Origin: a virus
Taxonomy: Duplodnaviria > Caudoviricetes
Virus record (IMG/VR): IMGVR_UViG_3300038499_000016
Location: 44,694-108,693 of that record
DNA length: 64,000 bases
Reading direction: 5' to 3' (one strand)
Shown here: positions 53,723 to 63,328 of the stretch, one piece after another
Numbering within the stretch: position 1 is the stretch's first letter
How the letters are laid out: every line of letters begins with the position of its first letter
Program-made: the position numbers and the translations under genes
Notes under the pieces: generated by a model
The model's input: only the letters and a program-made list of their open reading frames with translations
Told to the model about the DNA's origin: nothing
The model's database searches: none

Positions 53723-56700
53723 TCAAATCCAACTCGTCAAAGTTGCATCCGCCTGCCCACTTTTCCGAGCATACAAATTCGTACCATCATAAAAAATAAC
53801 AGCACCACTTGCGGGCGCGGAAGGATTAGTCAAATTAGAAATTTTTACCTTCCCTCCAACATCAAAAATATGACTCGAGTTAGTAGTACCAATACCAACA
53901 TTTCCACTTGAATCAATCTGCATCCTTTTTAAAAGAGAGCTTACCCCATCCGATGTATAAAAAGACAACGTAGTTGGGACATATGTTGAACCTGCCGCCC
54001 CCGCCTGTTCACCAATGATCGCAGCGCCATCCGCCCACTCTAATGATGAATTGCATCCTTGAAAATTAAACGATCCAAAAAAAGTACCGCTGGTAGTTGC
54101 GGTCATCCCTCCACGGGAAGAACCCAACGACGTTCTCACATTGATTGCATTATAAGCCAGCTGACCTGCCGTATACATCTCAAAAGATGCTGCGGTGTAA
54201 CGTGCAGACGAATTGGCAAGACTAGACTGACGTAGTACGTACTCCCCCGAAGCTCGGCTACCTGGAGCAATACCAAGCCCAAGGCCTCCTCTATCAAAAT
54301 AGAGAATGTTGTCATAATTAGAAACTAATATTGAAGAATGAACATCCATTCCTCCGTAATTAATAGTATCCCACTTCGTGGTGATACTCCCAGCACTAAT
54401 AGATGATCCAAGATCATTTTCTAAATTCAGTTCAATCTTTGATCCAAACCCTGCCAATACATTTCCCGTACTCTGACGCTCAATGGTTGTTACTGTGGCT
54501 ACAGCATTCGTCCCATCATCTGTATACACAAGATGAAATTTTGATCCGGGATTTACCGTCCCAATACCCAATCGAGTTGTATCCGACTTCCAAAACAAAC
54601 CAGAATTACGAAGAGATGTTTCGGTTAGGGCATACGGAACATACCCAGTACTATAGGTCCCATCAGTTAAACCAGTCTGTCCCTGAGTTCCTGTCTGTCC
54701 TTGAACTCCTGTAATACCCTTATCGCCGGGTAGACCATCTTCACCAATAGGACCGGTCAAACCCTGAATACCAGTCAGTCCTTGGACTCCCGTCTGTCCC
54801 TGAAGACCTGTCTGTCCCTGAACTCCCGTCTGACCCTGAACTCCCGTCTGACCCTGAACTCCCGTCTGACCCTGAACTCCAGTTTCCCCTATGAGTCCCG
54901 TCTGTCCTGTGAGACCCGTCTGACCCTGAACTCCGGTCTGTCCCTGAACTCCCGTCGAACCCTGAACTCCAGTTTCTCCAGTAAACCCTGTCTGTCCCTG
55001 CAATCCTGTTGAACCCTGAACTCCTGTTGAACCCTGTGACCCAGTAAGACCTTGAAGTCCCGTTGCTCCTCTATCTCCAGGCAAACCATCTTCTCCTATA
55101 GGTCCCGTCTGACCCTGAACTCCTGTCTCACCTATGAGTCCCGTCTGACCTTGGACTCCTGTCTGACCCTGAACTCCTGTCTGCCCTTGGACTCCTGTCT
55201 GACCCTGGACTCCTGTCTCACCCTGAACTCCTGTATCCCCTATGAGCCCTGTCTGCCCATAGACTCCCGTTTGCCCTAACGGACCCGTCTGTCCCTGAAC
55301 TCCTGTCTGTCCCTGAACTCCAGTTTCCCCTATGAGTCCCGTCTGTCCTTGAACTCCTGTCTCACCTATGAGTCCTGTTTGTCCTTGAATTCCGGTCTCA
55401 CCTATGAGCCCTGTCTGACCATAGATTCCTGTTTGCCCTAATGGACCCGTCTGACCCTGAATTCCTGTTTGCCCTTGTACCCCTGTCTGACCCTGAACTC
55501 CTGTCTCACCTGTGAGTCCAGTCTGACCCTGAACTCCTGTCTGACCTTGAATACCAGTAGAACCTTGTAAACCAGTAGGACCTTCAAGACCTGTCTGTCC
55601 CTGGACTCCGGTCTGACCTTGTATCCCCGTCTGTCCCTGTGGACCAGTAAGACCCTGAAATCCAGTCTGTCCTATAAATCCAGTTTGACCCTGCGGTCCC
55701 GTAGAAAGCCTTACACACCACGCTCTATTTGAACTCGTCGTCAGAGTCGTTAAACTGTCCTGAAAAACAACAAATTCAACATAATTACCAGCAGTAAAAT
55801 ACCAAGCCTTATTAACCAGCTGACGCAAGGCATGAGAAGCCGCCATCGTATCAGATAACGCCCCTACCCAATTCGAACCACCAATCCTTATATCAAGAAT
55901 TCTTACACCCGTCACATTCGCAGACCATTGAATACTGGCCCCTACCGAATACCACCCACTCTCGCCTATCGTTATCCTAGTAGGACTGCCGGCCGACCAA
56001 AAACTCGCATTATCATGTTCTACTGTATCAAACGTTAACGGCGTTGAAGACGCATTAGTTATACTTTGAGTGGTGCTATAGGAAACATGAACTCCATAAT
56101 CCAATGAAAGAGCATTAGGACCTGTCTGTCCTGTAAGTCCAGTCTGCCCCTGAACACCCGTCTGCCCCTGGATCCCCGTCTGCCCCTGGATCCCAGTCTG
56201 CCCCTGTATGCCTGTATCTCCTTGAGGACCACCATAAGCTCCCGTAGTACCCTGAAAACCAGTTTCCCCAATTAAACCCGTTTCTCCTTGTAAACCATAC
56301 CCCGTCTGACCCTGAACTCCTGTTTGCCCCCAAAGACCCGTCGGTCCCTGTACACCTGTCGATCCCTGTATGCCTACTTCACCCTCTCCACCAAAAGTCA
56401 TCACAACAGAAAGACCGTATGGAGGTGTAGGAGGAATAGTCAGAACTTCAGCCAGAATCAGATCCCCAGTAAGGACACTATTTACAATAGGATTAATCGT
56501 GCAGGTTGTAGAATAGTATTGGGAAGTGCCTATCGATAGTGCGGAGCTCAACATGGAAGAATCAGAACCTAAACGTCTCCTGATAATATTTACAGTAGTA
56601 GTTCCATCTAAACTAGGCGTAGAAACCGCCCCTAAAACAGCCGTCACATGTACGCCATTAAATGCAATGGGAACTGAAAAAGCTGTTGTATTAATACCAG

Positions 56701-57004
56701 CAACAACAACTTCATCGGTATCAAAAACATTAAAGCATACCGATTTTCCACCACTACTCAAACTAAACTCATTCCACTCCGCATTAGTAGTACCATCTAT
56801 GAGCTGCCACATGGTGTCCGTATCTTTTTGATACACCACCATGCCCTCAGTACGCATCAAGGTCGGGATATTGTCACGCTCAGTCAAATCCGATACCGAA
56901 CGCCACCCACCAACACCGTAAGTGGCATCATGGGTGCCGTAGATATCCGCCGTATCGGTAGGAACGATTGTACTTCCAATTACGGTGCCGGGTATCGGAG
57001 CCAT
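53723..57004 (-). CDS. collagen-like fibre protein with C1q-like insert and tail-fibre-type C-terminus
   Basis: N-terminal GGWRSV...ERDNIP...EGMVVY; long (GQTGVQ)n tracts; TFDT..HDN..W...RITI..SGWY; RLGIGTVNP, RMQIDSSGNVGIGT. Confidence 0.85.
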   Translation of the reverse strand: MAPIPGTVIGSTIVPTDTADIYGTHDATYGVGGWRSVSDLTERDNIPTLMRTEGMVVYQKDTDTMWQLIDGTTNAEWNEFSLSSGGKSVCFNVFDTDEVVVAGINTTAFSVPIAFNGVHVTAVLGAVSTPSLDGTTTVNIIRRRLGSDSSMLSSALSIGTSQYYSTTCTINPIVNSVLTGDLILAEVLTIPPTPPYGLSVVMTFGGEGEVGIQGSTGVQGPTGLWGQTGVQGQTGYGLQGETGLIGETGFQGTTGAYGGPQGDTGIQGQTGIQGQTGIQGQTGVQGQTGLTGQTGPNALSLDYGVHVSYSTTQSITNASSTPLTFDTVEHDNASFWSAGSPTRITIGESGWYSVGASIQWSANVTGVRILDIRIGGSNWVGALSDTMAASHALRQLVNKAWYFTAGNYVEFVVFQDSLTTLTTSSNRAWCVRLSTGPQGQTGFIGQTGFQGLTGPQGQTGIQGQTGVQGQTGLEGPTGLQGSTGIQGQTGVQGQTGLTGETGVQGQTGVQGQTGIQGQTGPLGQTGIYGQTGLIGETGIQGQTGLIGETGVQGQTGLIGETGVQGQTGVQGQTGPLGQTGVYGQTGLIGDTGVQGETGVQGQTGVQGQTGVQGQTGVQGQTGLIGETGVQGQTGPIGEDGLPGDRGATGLQGLTGSQGSTGVQGSTGLQGQTGFTGETGVQGSTGVQGQTGVQGQTGLTGQTGLIGETGVQGQTGVQGQTGVQGQTGVQGQTGLQGQTGVQGLTGIQGLTGPIGEDGLPGDKGITGVQGQTGTQGQTGLTDGTYSTGYVPYALTETSLRNSGLFWKSDTTRLGIGTVNPGSKFHLVYTDDGTNAVATVTTIERQSTGNVLAGFGSKIELNLENDLGSSISAGSITTKWDTINYGGMDVHSSILVSNYDNILYFDRGGLGLGIAPGSRASGEYVLRQSSLANSSARYTAASFEMYTAGQLAYNAINVRTSLGSSRGGMTATTSGTFFGSFNFQGCNSSLEWADGAAIIGEQAGAAGSTYVPTTLSFYTSDGVSSLLKRMQIDSSGNVGIGTTNSSHIFDVGGKVKISNLTNPSAPASGAVIFYDGTNLYARKSGQADATLTSWI
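54670..56370 (-). repeat. Gly-X-Y (GQT/GVQ) collagen-coding 18-nt degenerate repeats, two tracts
   Basis: CCCTGAACTCCTGTCTGA-type units at about 54670-55700 and 56119-56370. Confidence 0.9.
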
Positions 57005-57050
57005 CTAAAATCCTTTTGAAATCTTCCAACAAAACCGTATCAAAACTTTA

Positions 57051-57947
57051 TCAGGCAATTTGAACGGTTACAGAGCCTGCTATTGTCGTTGGCGACGTAT
57101 AACAGTAGTAAGACTGAGTATTCGCATAAGCATTGGTCACTGAAACCGTCGTCAGATTCCACACCGTTAAAAATCCGTTCACATAAATAGTCGCAGTGCC
57201 CCAGGCCTGAGGATACGCATAATAAAGATACTGAGCTCCTCCGGCCTGACTGTATGTGGATTTTACCCTAGAAGAAGCTGTGTCCACCGATAGGGTCGAT
57301 CCTCCGTTTAAAGCTGCTTCAATAATAGTCTCAGTAGGAGTAGATGAGGCACTCTGACCCCAATACTTATAGAGCTCAAACCTTAAGTATGACGTCGCTG
57401 ATGCTGTTGTAGGATACGTGTCGGTTCCAATCACGGTCACAGCCTGATCTGTAGTCAAACTGAGCCCGGAATAAATAAAGGACAAGGCAGAAGGACTGAT
57501 AGAACCGCCCTGTGCTCCAATAATCGTAATGTTCTGAACCGACAGTGTATTGTTGTGCGTCCAACTAGCAGTCATATCAGTTGCAATCTGACCTTTATGC
57601 CGTACTGAAGGCGTAAGACTTAATGAATAAGACAAAGGAACATACATCAAATAATCCAAAGCCATCTGCACTGTGGTTGTATCTGTGTGGTCTGAATTAT
57701 TGTACAAGACATCATAAGCATGGACCGTTCCAAATCCAACACCCGTCTGTCCCTGAACACCAGTCTGACCAAGACCTCCTACAGGACCCTGAATACCCGT
57801 AGCTCCTTGGATCCCTGTTGCTCCAGATACGGAAAGCGATATGGCGTCCTTGATGCTTAATGAGGCATCATAGGGAATATCCTGTGCTCTTAGAGCATCG
57901 GGCGAATTCCAATCAAGATCCAACCAACGTCGCTTAGACTTTGCCAT
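57051..57947 (-). CDS. putative structural protein with short collagen-like segment
   Basis: GATGIQGATGIQGPVG; TTVQMALDYL; YLYYAYPQAWG. Confidence 0.65.
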   Translation of the reverse strand: MAKSKRRWLDLDWNSPDALRAQDIPYDASLSIKDAISLSVSGATGIQGATGIQGPVGGLGQTGVQGQTGVGFGTVHAYDVLYNNSDHTDTTTVQMALDYLMYVPLSYSLSLTPSVRHKGQIATDMTASWTHNNTLSVQNITIIGAQGGSISPSALSFIYSGLSLTTDQAVTVIGTDTYPTTASATSYLRFELYKYWGQSASSTPTETIIEAALNGGSTLSVDTASSRVKSTYSQAGGAQYLYYAYPQAWGTATIYVNGFLTVWNLTTVSVTNAYANTQSYYCYTSPTTIAGSVTVQIA

Positions 57948-59811
57948 CGAGGGTCACCTTCGCTCGGTCAAATATGCGATCAAGTATTAAAGGATTATCT
58001 TTCAAATACTTGGCCACCTTCATGAGCTTTTCAACACGTTCTTTATCCACAGCGGGCACATTTTCTTTTGATGAGCTGAATCGGGAGGCCCCTTCAGCGG
58101 CTTGGGCTTTTTCAGCCATCTTAAGACCAAGATACTCAGCCATCTTAGCCGTGAAATCCGTATTCTCGACCAGAGCCGTCGAGACGTTGGTATATAGATT
58201 TCTGAGTACCTCGTTGAACTGACTATCATTCACCGTGAAAAGATCGTGCTCAAGTTTTTCTCTAGTTGATGCAGGATCTATGTTGAGGATATCCAATATG
58301 AGGTCGATCGATAGAGACCCCTTCTGATACAACTGGAAGGCCGCATCAAAGAACTGTTCGTTATCTCTGATAGCCAACCGGGTAAAGCTCAATCTGGGAT
58401 AAAGAACGATCTCATTGCCGTAATCATCGTATTCTATGAAACCCTTTTTGATAGCCACCGGCCTGAAGAGATTGTTTTCCACGTAATCCTGAATGATTTC
58501 CCGATAAAGAAGGTATTGGGTATTCATGATCTCCAAAGAGATCTTACTACCCGTATACGTGCCTTCTCCAGTAAGGATTTCTCGTGTCACTCCAAGGCCG
58601 GCAAAAAGCCTGTTCATGCCTGCTTCATTCTCACCCTCAATATCGAGCAAACGTCCCTGGGATCCCATCTCATCCCAATGAATCTCGTAGTTAGCTATGA
58701 CGGAATAATCGGGATCCACCAGAGCCATGTCTACCTGCTCTCGGAGATTATCAACATCATCCGGATTCAAATCCTCGGCCCACACGATACGCATAGGGGT
58801 CATGTGCCGTGAGGCTATTGAGGTCTGAGCTTGGCGGAGCTTATCCAACAGAACCAAAGTATTCACGCAGCGTTCAATGATGGACTGTCCATAGGGCTCA
58901 TACTGAGACTTCTTACGGGCAAGATGAAACACATGTGACCCTGTATAGGGGTCCGTATCAAGAGGTATGACGCCACTCTGTTTTACCTTCTCTTGGATAT
59001 CTGCAGGTATTTCATACTTAAAATTCTTTGATTCCTCATACTGCCCAGGATAGATAGGCATTTCAGAGGTTATGAATCTCTTGGTCTCAGGATCAGGAAC
59101 AAACTCTACCGCCACATTATCCGTAAGCGGAAGTTTTCTTATACGCACCTGATCAGGAGGAAGGATAATAAGCTTTTTCCATCCCTTATATAGAGGATCT
59201 TTATCAACAATCTCAAACTTACTCTTAAGAAATTCACTACGCTGTTTAGCCTGTTCCGTCTTTCTAGCCTTCTCCTCAGGATTCATTCTGTCCACAGAGT
59301 CATCGTCCTCGGCATAGACCATTGCATTACCAAACAAGGTATACTCATGGGTTATCTCAATAAGGGTCTTGAACAGCTTCATCTGCTCACACATGCGCTC
59401 AAAAAACTTGAACACATACTCATTCATATGCCTGTTCTTACCCTTTGGAGGCACAAGCCGAAGTTTAGAAAGCGGGAGGGTAGAATGAGTATCAACGGCC
59501 GCCCCAACAATTTCATTGGTGTTGTAGAAATACCGATAAAAGGCTCTACGCTCACGTAAGTTTTGCGGTTTTTCTAAGAAGTCCGTACTCAACTGGGGAG
59601 AGTAGAACTGACCACCAGCACTGTCCAAGACATCCTGACCTATACGGGAATTGAAACCAAAAGATGAAGTCGTAGCGAACTTACGAACACGGATCTCATT
59701 GGCCGTAAGACGTCTGGTAGGGCGTGGATTATCACTTGATACAACCCTGGGCTTTAAAGCCTGTGACGCCTGGACATCCTGGGCAGTTACTACACGTATC
59801 CTCTTAGCCAT
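57934..59811 (-). CDS. portal protein
   Basis: 625 aa; RYFY...VGAAVD, EYTLFGN, VFHLAR...YGQSI; helical crown region; located in the head module. Confidence 0.75.
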   Translation of the reverse strand: MAKRIRVVTAQDVQASQALKPRVVSSDNPRPTRRLTANEIRVRKFATTSSFGFNSRIGQDVLDSAGGQFYSPQLSTDFLEKPQNLRERRAFYRYFYNTNEIVGAAVDTHSTLPLSKLRLVPPKGKNRHMNEYVFKFFERMCEQMKLFKTLIEITHEYTLFGNAMVYAEDDDSVDRMNPEEKARKTEQAKQRSEFLKSKFEIVDKDPLYKGWKKLIILPPDQVRIRKLPLTDNVAVEFVPDPETKRFITSEMPIYPGQYEESKNFKYEIPADIQEKVKQSGVIPLDTDPYTGSHVFHLARKKSQYEPYGQSIIERCVNTLVLLDKLRQAQTSIASRHMTPMRIVWAEDLNPDDVDNLREQVDMALVDPDYSVIANYEIHWDEMGSQGRLLDIEGENEAGMNRLFAGLGVTREILTGEGTYTGSKISLEIMNTQYLLYREIIQDYVENNLFRPVAIKKGFIEYDDYGNEIVLYPRLSFTRLAIRDNEQFFDAAFQLYQKGSLSIDLILDILNIDPASTREKLEHDLFTVNDSQFNEVLRNLYTNVSTALVENTDFTAKMAEYLGLKMAEKAQAAEGASRFSSSKENVPAVDKERVEKLMKVAKYLKDNPLILDRIFDRAKVTLDGKV

Positions 59812-60157
59812 TAGTGATCACCTCTGGTATCTCTTCAACAGGCTTGGGGGCTTGTTTCGGTTGCTTCTTAGTCTCCGGGACTTCTTCCTCAATGATCCTG
59901 AATCCAGTCATGGGCTTAATACTTCTCATTCCCCTTAATAGGGACCCTACAACATCCTTGTTTCTCCGTATAGTGGATACCAGCCTATAAAAATCCTCGA
60001 GTCCCTTAGTACCGTTATTGGCTGTACGTTCTTCTATGAATTGCTGATTGGTTTCCCTGAACAGAGCTTCATAGGCCCCCAACAATCGCCCCACCTGTCG
60101 ATTCAGAGCTGAAGTCTGTGCTTGGACCTCGTCCATCAATTTGTTAATTTCAGCCAT
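59804..60157 (-). CDS. hypothetical helical protein
   Basis: Overlaps the portal start. Confidence 0.55.
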   Translation of the reverse strand: MAEINKLMDEVQAQTSALNRQVGRLLGAYEALFRETNQQFIEERTANNGTKGLEDFYRLVSTIRRNKDVVGSLLRGMRSIKPMTGFRIIEEEVPETKKQPKQAPKPVEEIPEVITNG

Positions 60158-60432
60158 TTCGCTACTACCTTCTGAGCTTCTATAAACCTTTTTATCTCAT
60201 CTCGCAGCTTGGGGTCATCCCAATGCCGGCACATAACTCCCTTACCCTCTAACGCGCCTCTAAGAGCCTTCATTGTAGTAGGACTAAGCTTGCCGCCTCC
60301 CATATCATCGACCAATGTCTGGAGATAGGCATTCTCATCGAGACTAGTATCGAACTGGTTGATCCCTGGCTCGTACTTGGTCTCGTAATGGTACGGGATT
60401 AATTGTTCAGGATCTCGCAGGTCCCCCGGCAT
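60136..60432 (-). CDS. hypothetical protein
   Basis: AAGGA RBS; packed operon. Confidence 0.55.
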   Translation of the reverse strand: MPGDLRDPEQLIPYHYETKYEPGINQFDTSLDENAYLQTLVDDMGGGKLSPTTMKALRGALEGKGVMCRHWDDPKLRDEIKRFIEAQKVVAKWLKLTN

Positions 60433-60613
60433 CCTTGTCCTTCTGTTCTTGTGCTCTCATCATAGCTACGCAAAAATCCAAACTGAATCTATCCCTCTGA
60501 TACTCCAGTTCCCGAACCCGTTCTGTTGCCTTAGCTTCCTCAAGTTTTGATAATGAGATCTTCTCAGCAAAAGCGAGCAATTCCCTCTGGTATTCCTGAT
60601 TCATTTTAGACAT
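60407..60613 (-). CDS. small coiled-coil protein
   Basis: AGGAGG RBS, first gene after the promoter motif. Confidence 0.55.
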   Translation of the reverse strand: MSKMNQEYQRELLAFAEKISLSKLEEAKATERVRELEYQRDRFSLDFCVAMMRAQEQKDKDAGGPARS

Positions 60614-60665
60614 CCTCCTGCTATTTTATGTTATTGGGTGTCCCATTCTATATCACTAGAACAAG

Positions 60666-60681
60666 TATTAGATGATTATTA
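60666..60681 (-). promoter_or_regulatory. variant of repeated promoter-like motif (TAATAATCATCTAATA)
   Basis: Intergenic, upstream of the portal operon. Confidence 0.55.
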
Positions 60682-60690
60682 CAGCCCCAA

Positions 60691-61632
60691 TCACCATTGG
60701 ACGATAGAGCTGGTCTGTGCAGCGGTCATATGATTTATGATGATTTTCGAAAAATTAGCATACCGCATATAGATATTGCTGTTACCGGCATCCACCAAAA
60801 CAGAAGGTATACCTCCTGATTGTGGAATTCCCCGCGGTTGAGGCCTATTCCACCAGGTAACTGCAGCTGAAGAAGCCCCATAATTCGTATCAGAGGTTCC
60901 GTGGGCATCCAATTCATAGGCCAGGGCTGATCTGTAGCTAAAATTGAACAGAGCCATGGCGGAAGCCTCATTATTATCGATGATCCCTACTGCAGCCAGC
61001 TTAATACCGTAGGTGGCTCGTCTTTGAACGGCCTTGTCTCCTCTAGAACTCCAATCGGACTTACTGGTATAGCCATTGTTTCCAGTATAGGACGTAGTGT
61101 TCACAGAAAAACTTTCAAGTAGATACCAATCCCCATTATTGAGGGTTGATGCATGAGCCAATGAGTTATAGGTAGCATTGGGGAAAGACGGGTCATCAAC
61201 CGTACCTATGATATGATCCATGTTCCAGGCATTCACGAAGCACTTTTTAGCTGTTGTTTGGCCATGGACATAGTCTACCCGGGTATTGAAATTATCTCTA
61301 TTGGACCCGTAATCATAGCCGGCTTCATCCATAAAAATGCCGTGGACTCCGAGGGTGTTCCACTGGCCGGCTTTGGTCTGAAAATTTCCTATAGTTTCCA
61401 GGATTGTGACGTAGCCATAAACAAGGCTTGCGGGATTAAGGGCTTTTATCCGGGGTATGATAATTTGTGTGTTGGCATAATCTCCGTGTCCGGGATCTTG
61501 GAGTCCTGCTCCCAGGACAATGAGATCATACATAGCCATTTCCTGGGCTACTTTTTCATTGGTCCATGCATTCGTTGCGGAATTAAAGCTGTTTGGCCAT
61601 CCGTAGTATATGAGCAGATTTGCTGGTTTCAT
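60691..61632 (-). CDS. TIM-barrel glycoside hydrolase-like protein (spherulin-4/GH114-like)
   Basis: LIYYG, YDLIVL, VYGYV, GVHGIFMDE, LLESF. Confidence 0.55.
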   Translation of the reverse strand: MKPANLLIYYGWPNSFNSATNAWTNEKVAQEMAMYDLIVLGAGLQDPGHGDYANTQIIIPRIKALNPASLVYGYVTILETIGNFQTKAGQWNTLGVHGIFMDEAGYDYGSNRDNFNTRVDYVHGQTTAKKCFVNAWNMDHIIGTVDDPSFPNATYNSLAHASTLNNGDWYLLESFSVNTTSYTGNNGYTSKSDWSSRGDKAVQRRATYGIKLAAVGIIDNNEASAMALFNFSYRSALAYELDAHGTSDTNYGASSAAVTWWNRPQPRGIPQSGGIPSVLVDAGNSNIYMRYANFSKIIINHMTAAQTSSIVQW

Positions 61633-61657
61633 AAATCCTCACGATTGATCTCTTGAT

Positions 61658-62029
61658 CTACCGATCGTATGCATCAAAAAATATCACATTACTGCGAGGA
61701 GCATAGCCTCTTACAGATCCGTAGGATATAAACGTTTGTGGATTTTTCATTGTATTATAGTCAGTAAGAGACCATCCGACTGCTCTTGTAGTGCCATACC
61801 CTATGCGCATCTCATCAAAATAACATGCCATTTTATCCGTAGTGGGTCCTGGAGCATATGCTCCTATACCTTGTACATCTGAATTAGTTGCGGAAGTGGT
61901 TACAGTGGTATACGAACCACCTCCATCATACCAAGCTTTCCATTTAGCAGTATCATCAAATCCGCCATCGATCTTATGCCAAGCGGCATCTCTTGGATCT
62001 ACTGATACTGTTACGCCATTCCAAGACAT
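61658..62029 (-). CDS. C-terminal half of a LamG/concanavalin-like domain
   Basis: WHKI...WYDG...FDEMRIG...RAVGWSLTDYNTMKNPQTF; in frame with 62039-62737. Confidence 0.6.
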   Translation of the reverse strand: MSWNGVTVSVDPRDAAWHKIDGGFDDTAKWKAWYDGGGSYTTVTTSATNSDVQGIGAYAPGPTTDKMACYFDEMRIGYGTTRAVGWSLTDYNTMKNPQTFISYGSVRGYAPRSNVIFFDAYDR

Positions 62030-62038
62030 GATTATACC

Positions 62039-62737
62039 TTACGAATTAAGTGCAAAAGCAAAGTAATTATTACTGCTACTTCGTTGCAGGCCAGCTTGGT
62101 GGCTACCACACGCAAACTGCCAATCAGCCGAAAAAGTAGGAGATTTTATCCATACGGAATAATAGGTAGATTGCGTTGTACTTGCTGCCGCGTATGTTGC
62201 TGTAGTCACAGCATAATTAGTGGATCCATTTGATTGATATGCTGTTGCTGCAACCCCAAATACTCCCGCTGCTGCTGCTAATGTACCCGTCATAGTCATA
62301 TTACCGTACGCGGCTTTAGAATCAGTCAAAGCCGAACAATGCCACACGGAACTGAACTCCAGCCATACATTATCGCGCCCATATGTAGCATTAACCGCAT
62401 AAGCAGATGCTGCTGCATTACCCCACCATATGTAAAACAGAGTATTGACAGAAGAAGATACTGACGCCAGCTTTACCCATATCTCCGCCGATGTGCTTGA
62501 GAAAGAAACTATCTCGAAGCACAGTTCCGTTGCCCCGTCACTATCACTGGTAAACCGTATATCGCCCCCTGCAGCCTGAGCGGCATACGCTCCTGAAAAT
62601 ATTCCCGCTGGAACATTAGATGTTGATTGTGTACCTGTCCAGCACACAAGAGTTGGAAAATTGGTTAAATCAGCTCCAACTTTTGTACGATCAATAGTCA
62701 AAGCACAGGAATATTTCCAAGCCGACGTAATAGCCAT
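62039..62737 (-). CDS. DUF2341-like protein (N-terminal part)
   Basis: WKY..ALTID..KV..DLTNFP.LV, GGDIRFT, AEIWVK, FYIWWGN, VWH. Confidence 0.75.
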   Translation of the reverse strand: MAITSAWKYSCALTIDRTKVGADLTNFPTLVCWTGTQSTSNVPAGIFSGAYAAQAAGGDIRFTSDSDGATELCFEIVSFSSTSAEIWVKLASVSSSVNTLFYIWWGNAAASAYAVNATYGRDNVWLEFSSVWHCSALTDSKAAYGNMTMTGTLAAAAGVFGVAATAYQSNGSTNYAVTTATYAAASTTQSTYYSVWIKSPTFSADWQFACGSHQAGLQRSSSNNYFAFALNS

Positions 62738-62738
62738 A

Positions 62739-63317
62739 TTAGATACCTAGTATAGTAATCGCATTATCAATATTGGAGTTCACAATGAATTTGAGATCAT
62801 TATCCGTTGCCTGACCCCCCGCCGTTTGAACCGTTGCATTCAAAGACACAAAAGAGATCATGATTGTAGTGTGCACAGTTACATCGCTGAGGGCTTGCCC
62901 TGCCCACAGAAGTCTTTTGGCGTGATTTAAGGTCTCAGGAGCTTCGAAGAGGACGTCAAAGGATGCTTGGATAATAGCTGCGATGACCCGACTTCGCAGA
63001 ACTGAACTATTGTAAATCTTATAAATAGCCGACAAAGAATCGACACCCGTGGTAAGGTCCCTGTTAACATCATTTCGGAGTTCATCCCTGTCGTAATAAG
63101 CAGCCTCATCTCCTGTGCCCTCTTTGTAGACATAAAAATGAATATTTTGACGATATCCAACCGGTTTTTTATTTTCCTCAGACAGACCGGTTTCAAAAAT
63201 ATTAACGATATACCAGGTCACAAAATTAGCATCTTCCGCCTGATTAACTACGATGGATCCATCAGTCACCGATGGGAACAGTGCTTTGATTTCAGAAATT
63301 AGCTGTGCCTTAGTCAT
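62739..63317 (-). CDS. hypothetical (putative structural) protein
   Basis: 192 aa; E.PET.NHAKRL.WA...TDNDLKFIVNS. Confidence 0.6.
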   Translation of the reverse strand: MTKAQLISEIKALFPSVTDGSIVVNQAEDANFVTWYIVNIFETGLSEENKKPVGYRQNIHFYVYKEGTGDEAAYYDRDELRNDVNRDLTTGVDSLSAIYKIYNSSVLRSRVIAAIIQASFDVLFEAPETLNHAKRLLWAGQALSDVTVHTTIMISFVSLNATVQTAGGQATDNDLKFIVNSNIDNAITILGI

Positions 63318-63328
63318 ACGAAGATCTC

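Noticed and set aside
54670-56370. CRISPR or non-coding satellite
   Set aside because: The 9/18-nt periodicity with synonymous variation encodes Gly-X-Y collagen.
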